Below, one piece after another: positions 9,985 through 18,612 of a stretch of 64,000 nt of DNA; the first letter of the stretch is position 1, and each line of letters opens with the position of its first letter. The DNA is from a virus (Duplodnaviria > Caudoviricetes). Position numbers and translations under genes: made by a program. Where the stretch lies: IMG/VR virus record IMGVR_UViG_3300007747_000009, positions 1-64,000 of that record. One strand, 5' to 3'. The notes beneath the pieces are model-generated. The model was not told where the DNA came from. It made no database searches and was given only the letters and a program-made list of their open reading frames with translations.

Positions 9985-11121
9985 TTAATATGGTGTACTA
10001 ATCTGTACAAACTGTGTTTGATTCGTTGTGTATCCCGGTGCACATGAATTACTTGCATCTCCACTGAAGTATAACTTATTATCGTAAGCAATATATGTGC
10101 GACTGAATCCAGCACAAACAGTATTTAATTTACTCAAGTCCGTGAAAATATTAGATCCTAATAACTTGTAAGATGTGCTGTTAACTACTGTTCCATCACC
10201 CAACTCACCATTTGTATTATTACCTGACCTGTATATTCCTGTACTCAATACAAATATCGGTGAACAAAATAAACTCGTACTATTGTATATGTTAGACTGC
10301 GTAATACCAACCGGCTTCAATGACGATATCGAAGAGAAACCCACACTATTTCCAGTACTCAATCCATTACCAGCAACACCAGCACCAAATGCTCCAGATA
10401 CATATAAATTTGTATTGTAATATATAGATGCAGTTGTCCTACTAAATGCACAAATATTTGCATTCAATCCAACTGTACTATTTGCAGCAAAAAATGTACT
10501 CCTAGTGTTAACTGTACCATCAGCAAGCTGACCATAAGCATTCAATCCACACGAATATATCCTAGAACCAGAAATATAGTATATACCACTACCACCATTA
10601 TCAAATATATTACTCACTCCAGTTGCCATAACCTGTGGAGTACTTATTCTCGTCGCCGTACCTATACCCAACTGACCCTGATTGTTTAATCCACATCCAT
10701 AAAATACCGAACCCGATAATATAGATAAGGTTTGACTCAATTCAATCTTCGTTATAGAAGCCAGTACCGAAGAATCTAATCCAAGTAATGATGTTATATC
10801 CGTAAATGATAACCTACTAACATTTGTACTACCTATGCATGTTCCAACTCCACTCAGATAATAACTACTTCCTTTACGGATCAATGTATTATTTGCACCA
10901 TTCCATACATCATCAACTCCTGTACTTAATAATGTTAAAGAAGTCCGGTTTGTTGTATCCCCTAATCCTAATTCTCCTGTACTATTTGCACCACAACCAT
11001 ATAATTCTCCTGTACTATATAATACAAATAAAGTATTAGTGTAATTAATTACCTTCTTTATTATCGGCTTCGGCGGAATCACCTTATTATCATATTTTAA
11101 AATCCTAGCAAATGGTATCAT
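9985..11121 (-). CDS. MIPF-family RCC1/BLIP-II-like repeat protein
   Basis: GANSTGELGLGD, GLNNQGQLGIG, GLNAYGQLADG. Confidence 0.8.
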   Translation of the reverse strand: MIPFARILKYDNKVIPPKPIIKKVINYTNTLFVLYSTGELYGCGANSTGELGLGDTTNRTSLTLLSTGVDDVWNGANNTLIRKGSSYYLSGVGTCIGSTNVSRLSFTDITSLLGLDSSVLASITKIELSQTLSILSGSVFYGCGLNNQGQLGIGTATRISTPQVMATGVSNIFDNGGSGIYYISGSRIYSCGLNAYGQLADGTVNTRSTFFAANSTVGLNANICAFSRTTASIYYNTNLYVSGAFGAGVAGNGLSTGNSVGFSSISSLKPVGITQSNIYNSTSLFCSPIFVLSTGIYRSGNNTNGELGDGTVVNSTSYKLLGSNIFTDLSKLNTVCAGFSRTYIAYDNKLYFSGDASNSCAPGYTTNQTQFVQISTPY

Positions 11122-11131
11122 CTCTTAATCC

Positions 11132-11818
11132 TCATAATATCTCCGTTATCTTTAATCTCTTTATATATCCATTGAAGTTAAATTGTCCTAAAGCCAAATA
11201 ACTACCACCAATGTAAAATGCTTGACCCAACCCAAATGAATAATAAGGAAACGTCGTAGTAGTGTTCGTTAACTCCCTATAAGTACTTATACCCCTAGGC
11301 AAAGTATCCGTGGCTGTACTTATATACGTTAAAGTTAAATTCTCCCATACATTACTATTCGTACCCGGTGTCAATACTCGGTTAAAACCACTACCTGTAC
11401 CCGTATCCATAAAATATTGCATATAAGTAGATGGGTACTGATTCAACGTAAAACTAAATCCCGCCATTCTAGCACCCGGATAATCACCTGTACCAAATAC
11501 ACTCTCTACTACTGTACCAACCTGACGGAACTCGAACTCAATAGTGAAATTCTTATTGCGTAAATCTAATACAGAACCAGCAACTAATCCAGTACTGTAT
11601 ACCGTCTTAGACAAAGAACTAAACAACATAACGTTACTACCTATATCAGAATCGTATACAACCTCAGCAGGTGTCCCATTCTTCAACGTAAATGTACTCA
11701 AATTACTATGATCTACTATATCTGTACTACCAATAGCTTGACGGCTAAAATCAATATCAAGTAATACTCCAACTGTCCCCTTATTATTATATTTGCTGAT
11801 TATCGGAAATGGTATCAT
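11132..11818 (-). CDS. MIPF-family protein with LamG/concanavalin-A-like domain
   Basis: MIPF N-terminus; DLRNKNFTIEFEF and FYIGG...FNGYIKRLKI LamG signatures. Confidence 0.65.
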   Translation of the reverse strand: MIPFPIISKYNNKGTVGVLLDIDFSRQAIGSTDIVDHSNLSTFTLKNGTPAEVVYDSDIGSNVMLFSSLSKTVYSTGLVAGSVLDLRNKNFTIEFEFRQVGTVVESVFGTGDYPGARMAGFSFTLNQYPSTYMQYFMDTGTGSGFNRVLTPGTNSNVWENLTLTYISTATDTLPRGISTYRELTNTTTTFPYYSFGLGQAFYIGGSYLALGQFNFNGYIKRLKITEIL

Positions 11819-12137
11819 CTCTCTTCTCCTATATAAGCCATTATATCATATTTACCCCAAAGATCCCTCATAGGACTCCCTACAACTCATCACAGCAAGA
11901 CTTCTTATAAGGATAGACTCAGGTGTAGCTCCTGTAGAAAGCGGCGTAGAAGCTTATCGAAAGGATTCAACACCTGATAAAACACCCCATGTGCGAGTAC
12001 TGATATCTTTCTCTCTATATTATTATACAGGAAATCATTACAGATGTAATCATTTATGATAGCGTAGCATAACATCCATGAGCATCGTGTTATCCCGTAG
12101 GGCATCGTTTAGTACTGAAGTAATACCCAAAGAACTG

Positions 12138-12166
12138 TTCAGTACTCTTCAGTACTCTTCAGTACT
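12138..12166 (+). repeat. Short tandem repeat (TTCAGTACTC)x3 in an AGTACT-rich tract
   Basis: ttcagtactc ttcagtactc ttcagtact. Confidence 0.7.
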
Positions 12167-12905
12167 GATCACCCACGACCGCTATATCTTCTCTTCAAGA
12201 AGATACAAAGTACTGAAAAGTACTTACACCTTAAAATACAAAAGTACTGCTAACCTTTTTCCCAAAAGTACTTTAACGTGTGAGCAAAATTCTCACACTT
12301 GCTCCATCCTAAATCTGGATCCTATAAATTTTGGAGTACCTATGAACTAAAAGTTGGATCCTCGAAAGTTGGAAATTACATTTCTGGACTCAAGATTTTT
12401 CTTGACATCGTAAACAAAAATCTGTATTATGATAAAGGTGAAGATCCATTTGTGGTGTTTATTTTTCAGTACTGAAAAGTATGCTGGGACTGTATAAATT
12501 TACAGTACAAATAATACAAATAAATTAAAAAAAGACTTGACGAGGGGAATGGAGTTTGGCATACTACATGTGTTCCTTGAGTTGGAATGATTTTAAAGAT
12601 ACTGCTTTAAAAGGTTTGTGAGGATTGGTTACCCTCGGTATACAGTACTGGAGAATCAGTGCAATGATAATTCAGTACTGATTTTAAGTAAAGACTTCGT
12701 TCTGCCAAGAAGAGTAAAAAGTAGTAATGGTACAATAATAAGAAGGGAAGACCCCACTGAGTTGTTTAAATCTTGAAAGACTTATTCAGTACTACTAAAG
12801 TAGCTTCCAATAGAATGAGGATACTTTGGTAGTACTGATACATTTAGGGTAGAGTTAGGGTAGGGAAAGATTGGACGGATTTTGGGCGTAACTGTGCCTG
12901 TACTG

Positions 12906-13040
12906 AATGATAATCATTCGCAAATGTGAATAGTTCTCATTTGAAAAGCTAAATGATAATCATTATTATTTGAGAATGATTCTCATTTACGGATAGGAAT
13001 AATTCTCATTTGCATATGCAAACGATAATCATTTTCATTT
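12906..13040. promoter_or_regulatory. Tandem array of six Fur-box-like sites
   Basis: AATGATAATCATT (12906, 12952), TGTGAATAGTTCTCA, perfect 7-1-7 TGAGAAT-G-ATTCTCA (12971-12985), AGGAATAATTCTCA, CGATAATCATTTTCA. Confidence 0.7.
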
Positions 13041-13219
13041 AAATTTTCACCCGTTTTCGGGAATTGCCGAGCCTACCGCGTCGGGGTATATTCCCCAGCA
13101 GTATCTCACTATCAAATTGTTTAACTCGCAGCCATTATCTCACATAGGAGAATTATGTCAATACTTTTTTTCGTTAAAATAATGGTTGACAATCTTTCTG
13201 TACTTGATATAATAAACGC

Positions 13220-13265
13220 AACAAAGAGAAATTTGTAGCCCACAGGGTGCGGGAGTGCGTCCATA
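13220..13265 (+). ncRNA. CCC-AYA-GGG motif copy 1 (putative small RNA)
   Basis: TTGACA(13186)-16-TATAAT; CAAA-GAGAAA-TTTG hairpin; core TAGCCCACAGGGTG 13236-13249. Confidence 0.55.
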
Positions 13266-13281
13266 TTTTTTTAAATGCGAA

Positions 13282-13296
13282 TGAGAATCATTTTCA
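13282..13296. promoter_or_regulatory. Fur-box-like site
   Basis: TGAGAAT-C-ATTTTCA between two convergent motif copies. Confidence 0.55.
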
Positions 13297-13297
13297 A

Positions 13298-13346
13298 TTG
13301 TGGACGGATCCCCGCACCCTGTGGGTTAGTGACTTTCTCGTCTTTA
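13298..13346 (-). ncRNA. CCC-AYA-GGG motif copy 2 (putative small RNA)
   Basis: Minus-strand TATAAT at 13354-13359; GAC-GAGAAA-GTC hairpin; core CTAACCCACAGGGTG 13315-13329. Confidence 0.55.
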
Positions 13347-13484
13347 TGTATTCATTATACTGGACTGAAGAATTAACACAAGCTTTATTTTCATTTAAAT
13401 GAAAAATAATTTAGTACTTGCATTCTCTTATCATTATAGTACAATAGCTGTTATTGAAACGATACACTATTAAGGAAAGCAATC

Positions 13485-13892
13485 ATGTACACAAAACAAC
13501 AACAATACATTGCAGTACTGGAAGTTTTAAATCTGATGAAAGCATGTTTTGATGCAAACGATACTTATGTATGCATTGATGGCAAGTCTTTTAACTTGCA
13601 TAAGACTTTTGGTATTTGCTGGCATGTATACGCCAGCACGCCAGCCCCTGAGATCAGCGGTATAGATCATACCTATTTGGAACAAGCCTTTTTAGATATG
13701 GGATTAAAGCCTACTCTGCCGGTCGAATCACAATTACAATATGAATCCGTATCCCAATGGGATTTACATAATAGTACTCGTTACGATCGTTATAATCCTA
13801 GTACTGAAGTAGGGCAGACACGTATTAAATTAGTAAATGATTTGATTAAGTACTTTAATAATGTATTGACTACTGAATCAGAAGCTGTATAA
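13485..13892 (+). CDS. Hypothetical protein (early cassette)
   Basis: TTGCAT-17-TACAAT promoter; TAAGGA RBS. Confidence 0.75.
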   Translation: MYTKQQQYIAVLEVLNLMKACFDANDTYVCIDGKSFNLHKTFGICWHVYASTPAPEISGIDHTYLEQAFLDMGLKPTLPVESQLQYESVSQWDLHNSTRYDRYNPSTEVGQTRIKLVNDLIKYFNNVLTTESEAV

Positions 13893-13897
13893 TAGTT

Positions 13898-13932
13898 TGC
13901 ATAGGGGGAAATGATTCCCCCGTTATTAAGGA
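13898..13932 (+). promoter_or_regulatory. 5' leader hairpin plus RBS (PeSL-like; about 12 copies in 13.9-32.2 kb)
   Basis: TTGCATA-GGGGGAA-n4-6-TTCCCCC-nnTATTAAGGAA. Related copies at about 15251, 16101, 17768, 18568, 19368, 19674, 22836, 25811, 29939, 31078 and 32170. Confidence 0.75.
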
Positions 13933-13940
13933 ATAGAATT

Positions 13941-14174
13941 ATGTCTCAATTTAAAGTTACGGTAAGTACAATCGCTGTAGGTCAAGCTGGATCTGATAAG
14001 CTTTTGGTACTGTCAGAGTTACCGGACAATAAAGCGGTAACAGCAATTGAATCATGGGTTACTGAGATCTATGGTAACAATGTATCAGTCAGTACTGAAA
14101 AGCTGAATAACAGCAATGAAGTGTATGTGAATGATCTGTATCATGGAAAGTATCATAAAGTAATTTGTCTGTAA
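13941..14174 (+). CDS. Hypothetical protein
   Basis: Start re-set to MSQFKV after the leader hairpin and RBS. Confidence 0.7.
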   Translation: MSQFKVTVSTIAVGQAGSDKLLVLSELPDNKAVTAIESWVTEIYGNNVSVSTEKLNNSNEVYVNDLYHGKYHKVICL

Positions 14175-14180
14175 TTATTA

Positions 14181-14216
14181 AAAGTACTTGCCTATACGTT
14201 GCGAGTACTTTATAAT
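14181..14216 (+). promoter_or_regulatory. Palindromic sigma70 promoter AAAGTACTTGC-n9-GCGAGTACTTT-ATAAT (about 8 copies)
   Basis: The -35 TTGCNN lies in the left arm and TATAAT abuts the right arm. Other copies at about 15508, 21431, 21777, 23661, 24054, 24281 and 30928 (variant). Confidence 0.75.
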
Positions 14217-14246
14217 ACTTATATACAAACAAACGAGGATATACAG

Positions 14247-14645
14247 ATGGACGCATTAACAAAGACTAAGCAAGTGAACGCAGCATTAACCGCAGCACTT
14301 GCCCAGATTGCTAAGGATCATAATCTGGACTCACTGAAGCTCGGCAAACTAACCTATTCGGATAATGGTTTTAGTGCAACGGTATCCGCTATTTTTGCCG
14401 GTGGCGATTCTAAAGATATGGCTAAGTTACGTCGCAATGCGTTTATCTATGGCTTGAAAGAAAGCGTATGTAATGCTGTGATCACTTACAATAAACAGGA
14501 ATTTAAAGTTATTGGTATGCGTAATACCAAGATGGTATTGGAGCAGGCTGGTAAAACATACACCGCACCGATTGAATCAGTACTGAATGCTATTAAAGTA
14601 TATCATCCTGAGCATGTTAATTCAATCAAAGTTAACGGAAAATAA
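14247..14645 (+). CDS. Hypothetical protein
   Basis: Start re-set to MDALTK; GAGGA RBS. Confidence 0.75.
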   Translation: MDALTKTKQVNAALTAALAQIAKDHNLDSLKLGKLTYSDNGFSATVSAIFAGGDSKDMAKLRRNAFIYGLKESVCNAVITYNKQEFKVIGMRNTKMVLEQAGKTYTAPIESVLNAIKVYHPEHVNSIKVNGK

Positions 14646-14694
14646 TTACAAAATAAAGGTTGACACTAGTCAGCCTTTTTGTTATTCTATATGT

Positions 14695-14742
14695 ACTCCA
14701 GCGAAATGGACTAACCCTTTAGGGTGCGGAGATCCGTCTTGA
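14695..14742 (+). ncRNA. CCC-AYA-GGG motif copy 3 (putative small RNA)
   Basis: Terminator-promoter at 14655-14688; TCCA-GCGAAA-TGGA hairpin; core CTAACCCTTTAGGGTG 14711-14726. Confidence 0.55.
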
Positions 14743-14831
14743 TTTTGTATATTTCTTTTTATTGAAATAGTACTTGATTATTGAGTACAAACATGTATAA
14801 TTATTGTATCGAAACTAATGGGAGTACTGAA

Positions 14832-15224
14832 ATGGGGCAAAATCTGTATGGCGATCCGCTTAATTCTGCACTTGATTATCTTAATAACAATGTGAATTTT
14901 AAAGCGGGTACTGGGAAAAAGTACAAAACAGAAGAAGATTACTATCAGGCTTTTGTGGAAGCGGGATCCCTATCAGGAGGGCGTAGTTTCTATCCTAGTG
15001 ATGAACTACGGCGTCGGTTATGGAAACGTGCTCATGCTCGTTATAGCAAAGATTTTCCTAAGCCTTATCACAAGTTGCATACACTTGATGAAATGGTAGC
15101 AGAAATACATTTACGTGGCGTGGCGTATTTTAGTAATAGTTATCACGGGAAAGATCTTTCACGCATTGCACTGATGAAAGAAGCAGTTGACGTTTATTTT
15201 AAAGAAAAGAAAAATAAAGGTTGA
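14832..15224 (+). CDS. Hypothetical protein
   Basis: Start re-set to MGQNLY; GGGAG RBS; own promoter. Confidence 0.7.
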   Translation: MGQNLYGDPLNSALDYLNNNVNFKAGTGKKYKTEEDYYQAFVEAGSLSGGRSFYPSDELRRRLWKRAHARYSKDFPKPYHKLHTLDEMVAEIHLRGVAYFSNSYHGKDLSRIALMKEAVDVYFKEKKNKG

Positions 15225-15297
15225 CTATAAAGTCTAGTACTGTATAATTGTTTGCATAGGGGGAAACATCTTCCCCCCGCTATTAAGGAAAGTACTA

Positions 15298-15501
15298 ATG
15301 ACACGTCAAGACGCAATCGCAGACCATAAAGCAATCTGGATCGATTTCTGCAAAGGTAACAAATCGGCAAGGACTGATGTTGTTATGTTCAATGAAGATT
15401 GGCATAATCATATTGATCGCTTACATCGTAGCGGTGAAATCACAGACCGTCAAGCTGATACGTGGGATAACTATCCGATCCCTAAGCGTTATAAAGATTA
15501 A
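15298..15501 (+). CDS. Hypothetical protein
   Basis: Promoter, leader hairpin and RBS cassette. Confidence 0.75.
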   Translation: MTRQDAIADHKAIWIDFCKGNKSARTDVVMFNEDWHNHIDRLHRSGEITDRQADTWDNYPIPKRYKD

Positions 15502-15583
15502 TTATTAAAAGTACTTGCATAACCTTAGCGAGTACTTTATAATACTTATATTGAGTTAACTAATACTATTAAGGAAAAGTACA

Positions 15584-16066
15584 ATGAAAAAGTTTACTAT
15601 CTGGTCTGCTAAAACAAATACTGATTATGATATGGCAGTACGTGACGGGGCAACCTATCCAGTACTGTTACCTGATAATGTTTCCGTTGAATCGGTTACC
15701 CGCATTCTTGAAACCGTTGGGGATTGTTATAGCGGCGAAAAAGAACATTTCAAGTTCACATGGGAAACTGTTCCTGATGCTTTCGCATTGTTCACTTATA
15801 CTCAAAGTACTGAGGACTTAGTACGTGCTGGCGTGGGCGTGTTCCCTTTGTTTGACAATCGCAGTACTCATGATTTGAAAGAATCAGATTTTATTCAGTT
15901 CGTGCGTAGTGAAGTGAACGTCTTGTCCGTCCGTCCGGTTAAAGCGAATGGGCGTACTACGTTCCATTACTTTAATTCACAAGATCAGCAGTGTATTCTT
16001 GAGATCACGAAAACGAAAACTATCACGCCAGAACTCGCAGAACAACTGAAAGAATTAAATCTTTAA
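15584..16066 (+). CDS. Hypothetical protein
   Basis: Palindromic promoter; TAAGGA RBS. Confidence 0.75.
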   Translation: MKKFTIWSAKTNTDYDMAVRDGATYPVLLPDNVSVESVTRILETVGDCYSGEKEHFKFTWETVPDAFALFTYTQSTEDLVRAGVGVFPLFDNRSTHDLKESDFIQFVRSEVNVLSVRPVKANGRTTFHYFNSQDQQCILEITKTKTITPELAEQLKELNL

Positions 16067-16146
16067 AGTACTTGACTATCTCATTCAGTCCAGTATAATT
16101 GTTTGCATAGGGGGAAACATCTTCCCCCGCTATTAAGGAAAAGATT

Positions 16147-16446
16147 ATGGGATTATCTATCACTATCAATCGCCCAGTGTGGTTGTCTGAAGAACTTGAA
16201 CTGGAATTCGATGTAACTGTCAATAGTAATTCAACTGATGAGTTGATCCGTGATGTTACTGTGTACAAGTTCAATGATGTAGTGGTGAATATCAATCCAG
16301 TACTGGAAGCATTATCAACTGGTTTATTCCCTGTACAGATTGGGGAATTCAGTATTGATGAATCAGCGGCTAACACAATGGAAATGATCATTGTGGACGC
16401 TAATCAAGCACTGATCGCGTCGATCCGTGCTATCACAACACTGTAA
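16147..16446 (+). CDS. Hypothetical acidic protein
   Basis: Promoter, leader hairpin and RBS cassette. Confidence 0.75.
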   Translation: MGLSITINRPVWLSEELELEFDVTVNSNSTDELIRDVTVYKFNDVVVNINPVLEALSTGLFPVQIGEFSIDESAANTMEMIIVDANQALIASIRAITTL

Positions 16447-16455
16447 GGGGAAAGC

Positions 16456-16593
16456 ATGTTCAAGTTATTGGGTGTAGTTGTATTGGTTGCGGTTGTTGCA
16501 ATTGGTATTGATATGTACCGCAACGGTACGAAAACCGTTACCGTTGAAAACGGTAAGACTACCACGGTTTACTCATACCACACAACATGGTAG
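16456..16593 (+). CDS. Small membrane-anchored protein (45 aa)
   Basis: MFKLLGVVVLVAVVAIG...; GGGG RBS; followed by a terminator. Confidence 0.6.
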   Translation: MFKLLGVVVLVAVVAIGIDMYRNGTKTVTVENGKTTTVYSYHTTW

Positions 16594-16606
16594 TATAGCA
16601 GAAAAT

Positions 16607-16634
16607 CGGGAGGCTGTAAAGCTTCCCATTTTTT
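16607..16634. terminator. Intrinsic terminator
   Basis: GGGAGGCT-gtaa-AGCTTCCC then T tract. Confidence 0.7.
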
Positions 16635-16652
16635 AGTACTCAAACACTTTTA

Positions 16653-16700
16653 TATAGATACACTCCAGCACCCTATGGGTTAGTGAGTTTCGCCTCAATG
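16653..16700 (-). ncRNA. CCC-AYA-GGG motif copy 4 (putative small RNA)
   Basis: Minus-strand TTGACA-17-TATTAT; GAG-GCGAAA-CTC hairpin; core 16669-16683; points into the terminator at 16607. Confidence 0.6.
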
Positions 16701-16944
16701 AATACATAATACTACACCAGAAAACTTCTGTCAATACTTTATTTCGATAAAATACGTGCATAATCATTCAGTACTGAATCAATTAATGAATAGTATTAGG
16801 TACTTTAAGCGGGTTAAATGAATGAATAAGCACATAAAAAAGCTCTAGGGTAAGTGCCTTGCGTTTTTGCTATTTTTAGTAATATTTGCATTATTTGATT
16901 AAAAGTACTTGACGGGGTGCGTGAAGTACTATAATATGTATCAC

Positions 16945-17020
16945 ATCAGGCGGGGATAACGAGTTAAGTTATCTAAAGTAGACAAGTCAGTAAGTCGCAC
17001 GAACAACTGACCCCGACGGA
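16945..17020 (+). ncRNA. Putative multi-stem small RNA or structured leader
   Basis: Promoter TTGACG..TATAAT at 16909-16935. Pairings CGGG/CCCG, GATAAC/GTTATC and GTCAGT/ACTGAC. The next gene has its own promoter at 17041. Confidence 0.4.
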
Positions 17021-17124
17021 AAAAAGATTTAAAATAAGTATTGACAGACACGCGGAAATATAAGATAATGACTGCGTAGACAAGAAAACAACTAAACTAA
17101 CTTAAACTTTAAGAGGATTTAAAA

Positions 17125-17673
17125 ATGACTACTCCTAACACTGCTGTTGAAACTACTGCTGTAACTGCAACCCGCGTAACTTTCAAATCTGCTTTACTCG
17201 CAGGTGATGTTAAAGGGCTTGCGTCAATCCTCGCGGATCTTGGTACTGATAAAGCGGGCGTCCAGAAATTGGGCTTGACTTTCTCCCTTGCGGTTAAAGA
17301 CGCACAGGAAGTACTCAAAGCACGCCAGAAAGCAATTGATGACGCAGCCGCGAATATCCAGAAAGAAAAAGAAAACATGGTTAAATTCTTGATGGATACC
17401 GTAGACGGATTGGGTATGGATCTCGATACCGCACAGATCGCCGCTGATGCAGCAATCGCGAAAAAGTACAACACAGTATCGGACAAAAAGAAATATACTT
17501 TCCCACGCGTAGCTGTAAACGTTGGCGGTAAAGTGTACGAAATGCAAACATCCGGTAACGTAATTCAAGTACTTAAAGACGCAATGAAAGCGACGGGCTT
17601 GACTACTCATAAAGAATTTATCCTTGCTCATGCAGTGGATAAAGAAGCCGCTGCCGCCGCTTTCGCTGAATAA
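17125..17673 (+). CDS. H-NS/StpA-like nucleoid-associated protein (divergent)
   Basis: AAANIQKEKENMVKFLMDTVDGLGMD parallels the H-NS coiled coil [25 protein letters not shown]. C-terminal KKKY...SGNVIQVLKDAMKATG..KEFIL parallels AKY...QGRTPAVIKKAMDEQG..DDFLI. Confidence 0.5.
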   Translation: MTTPNTAVETTAVTATRVTFKSALLAGDVKGLASILADLGTDKAGVQKLGLTFSLAVKDAQEVLKARQKAIDDAAANIQKEKENMVKFLMDTVDGLGMDLDTAQIAADAAIAKKYNTVSDKKKYTFPRVAVNVGGKVYEMQTSGNVIQVLKDAMKATGLTTHKEFILAHAVDKEAAAAAFAE

Positions 17674-17697
17674 GCCTAGCAGGTTTAAAGAGTAAAG

Positions 17698-17722
17698 AAA
17701 ATCCCCGCAATGCGGGGATTTT
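17698..17722. terminator. Intrinsic terminator
   Basis: AAAATCCCCGC-aat-GCGGGGATTTT. Confidence 0.8.
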
Positions 17723-17812
17723 GCTGTTTAAAGTACTTGCAAAGTAATCTCAATGATGTATAATACTTTGCATAGGGGAAACAACTTCCCCCACTAATTA
17801 AGAGAATATATT

Positions 17813-18178
17813 ATGACAAATCTCAATATTATGGTGCAAGCTTATATTACCGCGATGCATTGGTCTAGTACTGATAGTAATGGGGATCCACTTGATAATT
17901 ATCCTACGTCACAGGAAGGAAAAGACAATGCGGCAACTACCTGTAATACTTTCCTGAAAGTACATGGCAATGATCTCAATGTAGTAATGGGCTTGCATCC
18001 GAACTATGGTTACAGTGAAGCGGGGCATGACCTGTTCCTTACAAGAGAGGGACACGGTGCGGGATTCTGGGATCGTGGTCTGGGTCATTATGGAGACGTG
18101 TTCACAAAGTACTCTGAAAGTATTGGTGAAGCTGATCCATATGTTGGTGATGATGGTTATGTGTACGTGAATGTTTAA
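17813..18178 (+). CDS. Conserved-type phage hypothetical protein
   Basis: GHDLFLTREGHGAGFWDRG motif; cassette promoter. Confidence 0.75.
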   Translation: MTNLNIMVQAYITAMHWSSTDSNGDPLDNYPTSQEGKDNAATTCNTFLKVHGNDLNVVMGLHPNYGYSEAGHDLFLTREGHGAGFWDRGLGHYGDVFTKYSESIGEADPYVGDDGYVYVNV

Positions 18179-18261
18179 AAGTTTTAGTCCAGTACTTGAC
18201 AATAGACTCGAGTACTGGCATAATAACTTTATTGAAACGAAACACTATTAAGGAAAGTACA

Positions 18262-18534
18262 ATGACTAAATTATTAAGCCGTGATGAAATTTTGGTAGTA
18301 CTGACTACTAACCTACAAGAATGGAAGCGACACGCAGACGTATCCGATGCACAGGATCTCAATGATGAATTGACTGAGGATGATATTAGTACAATTATAT
18401 CCCCTGAATTTTATGATGATATTCATAGTATGGATGATACATGGAACGTATTAGAAAAGCACTTCCTCGACACTGAGCTAGACATTTACACGCGGGATAC
18501 TTTTATTTTAATTCACAACATATATAACAATTAG
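18262..18534 (+). CDS. Hypothetical acidic protein
   Basis: Start re-set to MTKLLS; TTGACA-17-CATAAT promoter. Confidence 0.7.
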   Translation: MTKLLSRDEILVVLTTNLQEWKRHADVSDAQDLNDELTEDDISTIISPEFYDDIHSMDDTWNVLEKHFLDTELDIYTRDTFILIHNIYNN

Positions 18535-18612
18535 TACTTGCATTATCTTATCAGTACTGTATAATTGTTTGCATAGGGGGAAACATCTTCCCCCGCTATT
18601 AAGGAAAAGATT

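Noticed and set aside
8859-10115. Long N-terminal extension given by the ORF track
   Set aside because: It overlaps the neighbouring gene. The family start MIPF with an RBS is at 9974. Similar start corrections were applied to many early-region genes.
12078-12350. 90 aa ORF (and the minus-strand ORF at 11905-12105)
   Set aside because: No RBS, and the sequence is low-complexity AGTACT repeats. Probably non-coding.
12858-12865. GGGTAGGG matches the FtsK KOPS motif
   Set aside because: A single occurrence is compatible with chance.
16945-17020. tRNA gene
   Set aside because: No TTCRA T-loop, 7-bp acceptor stem or anticodon arm. No tRNA was recognised anywhere in the window.
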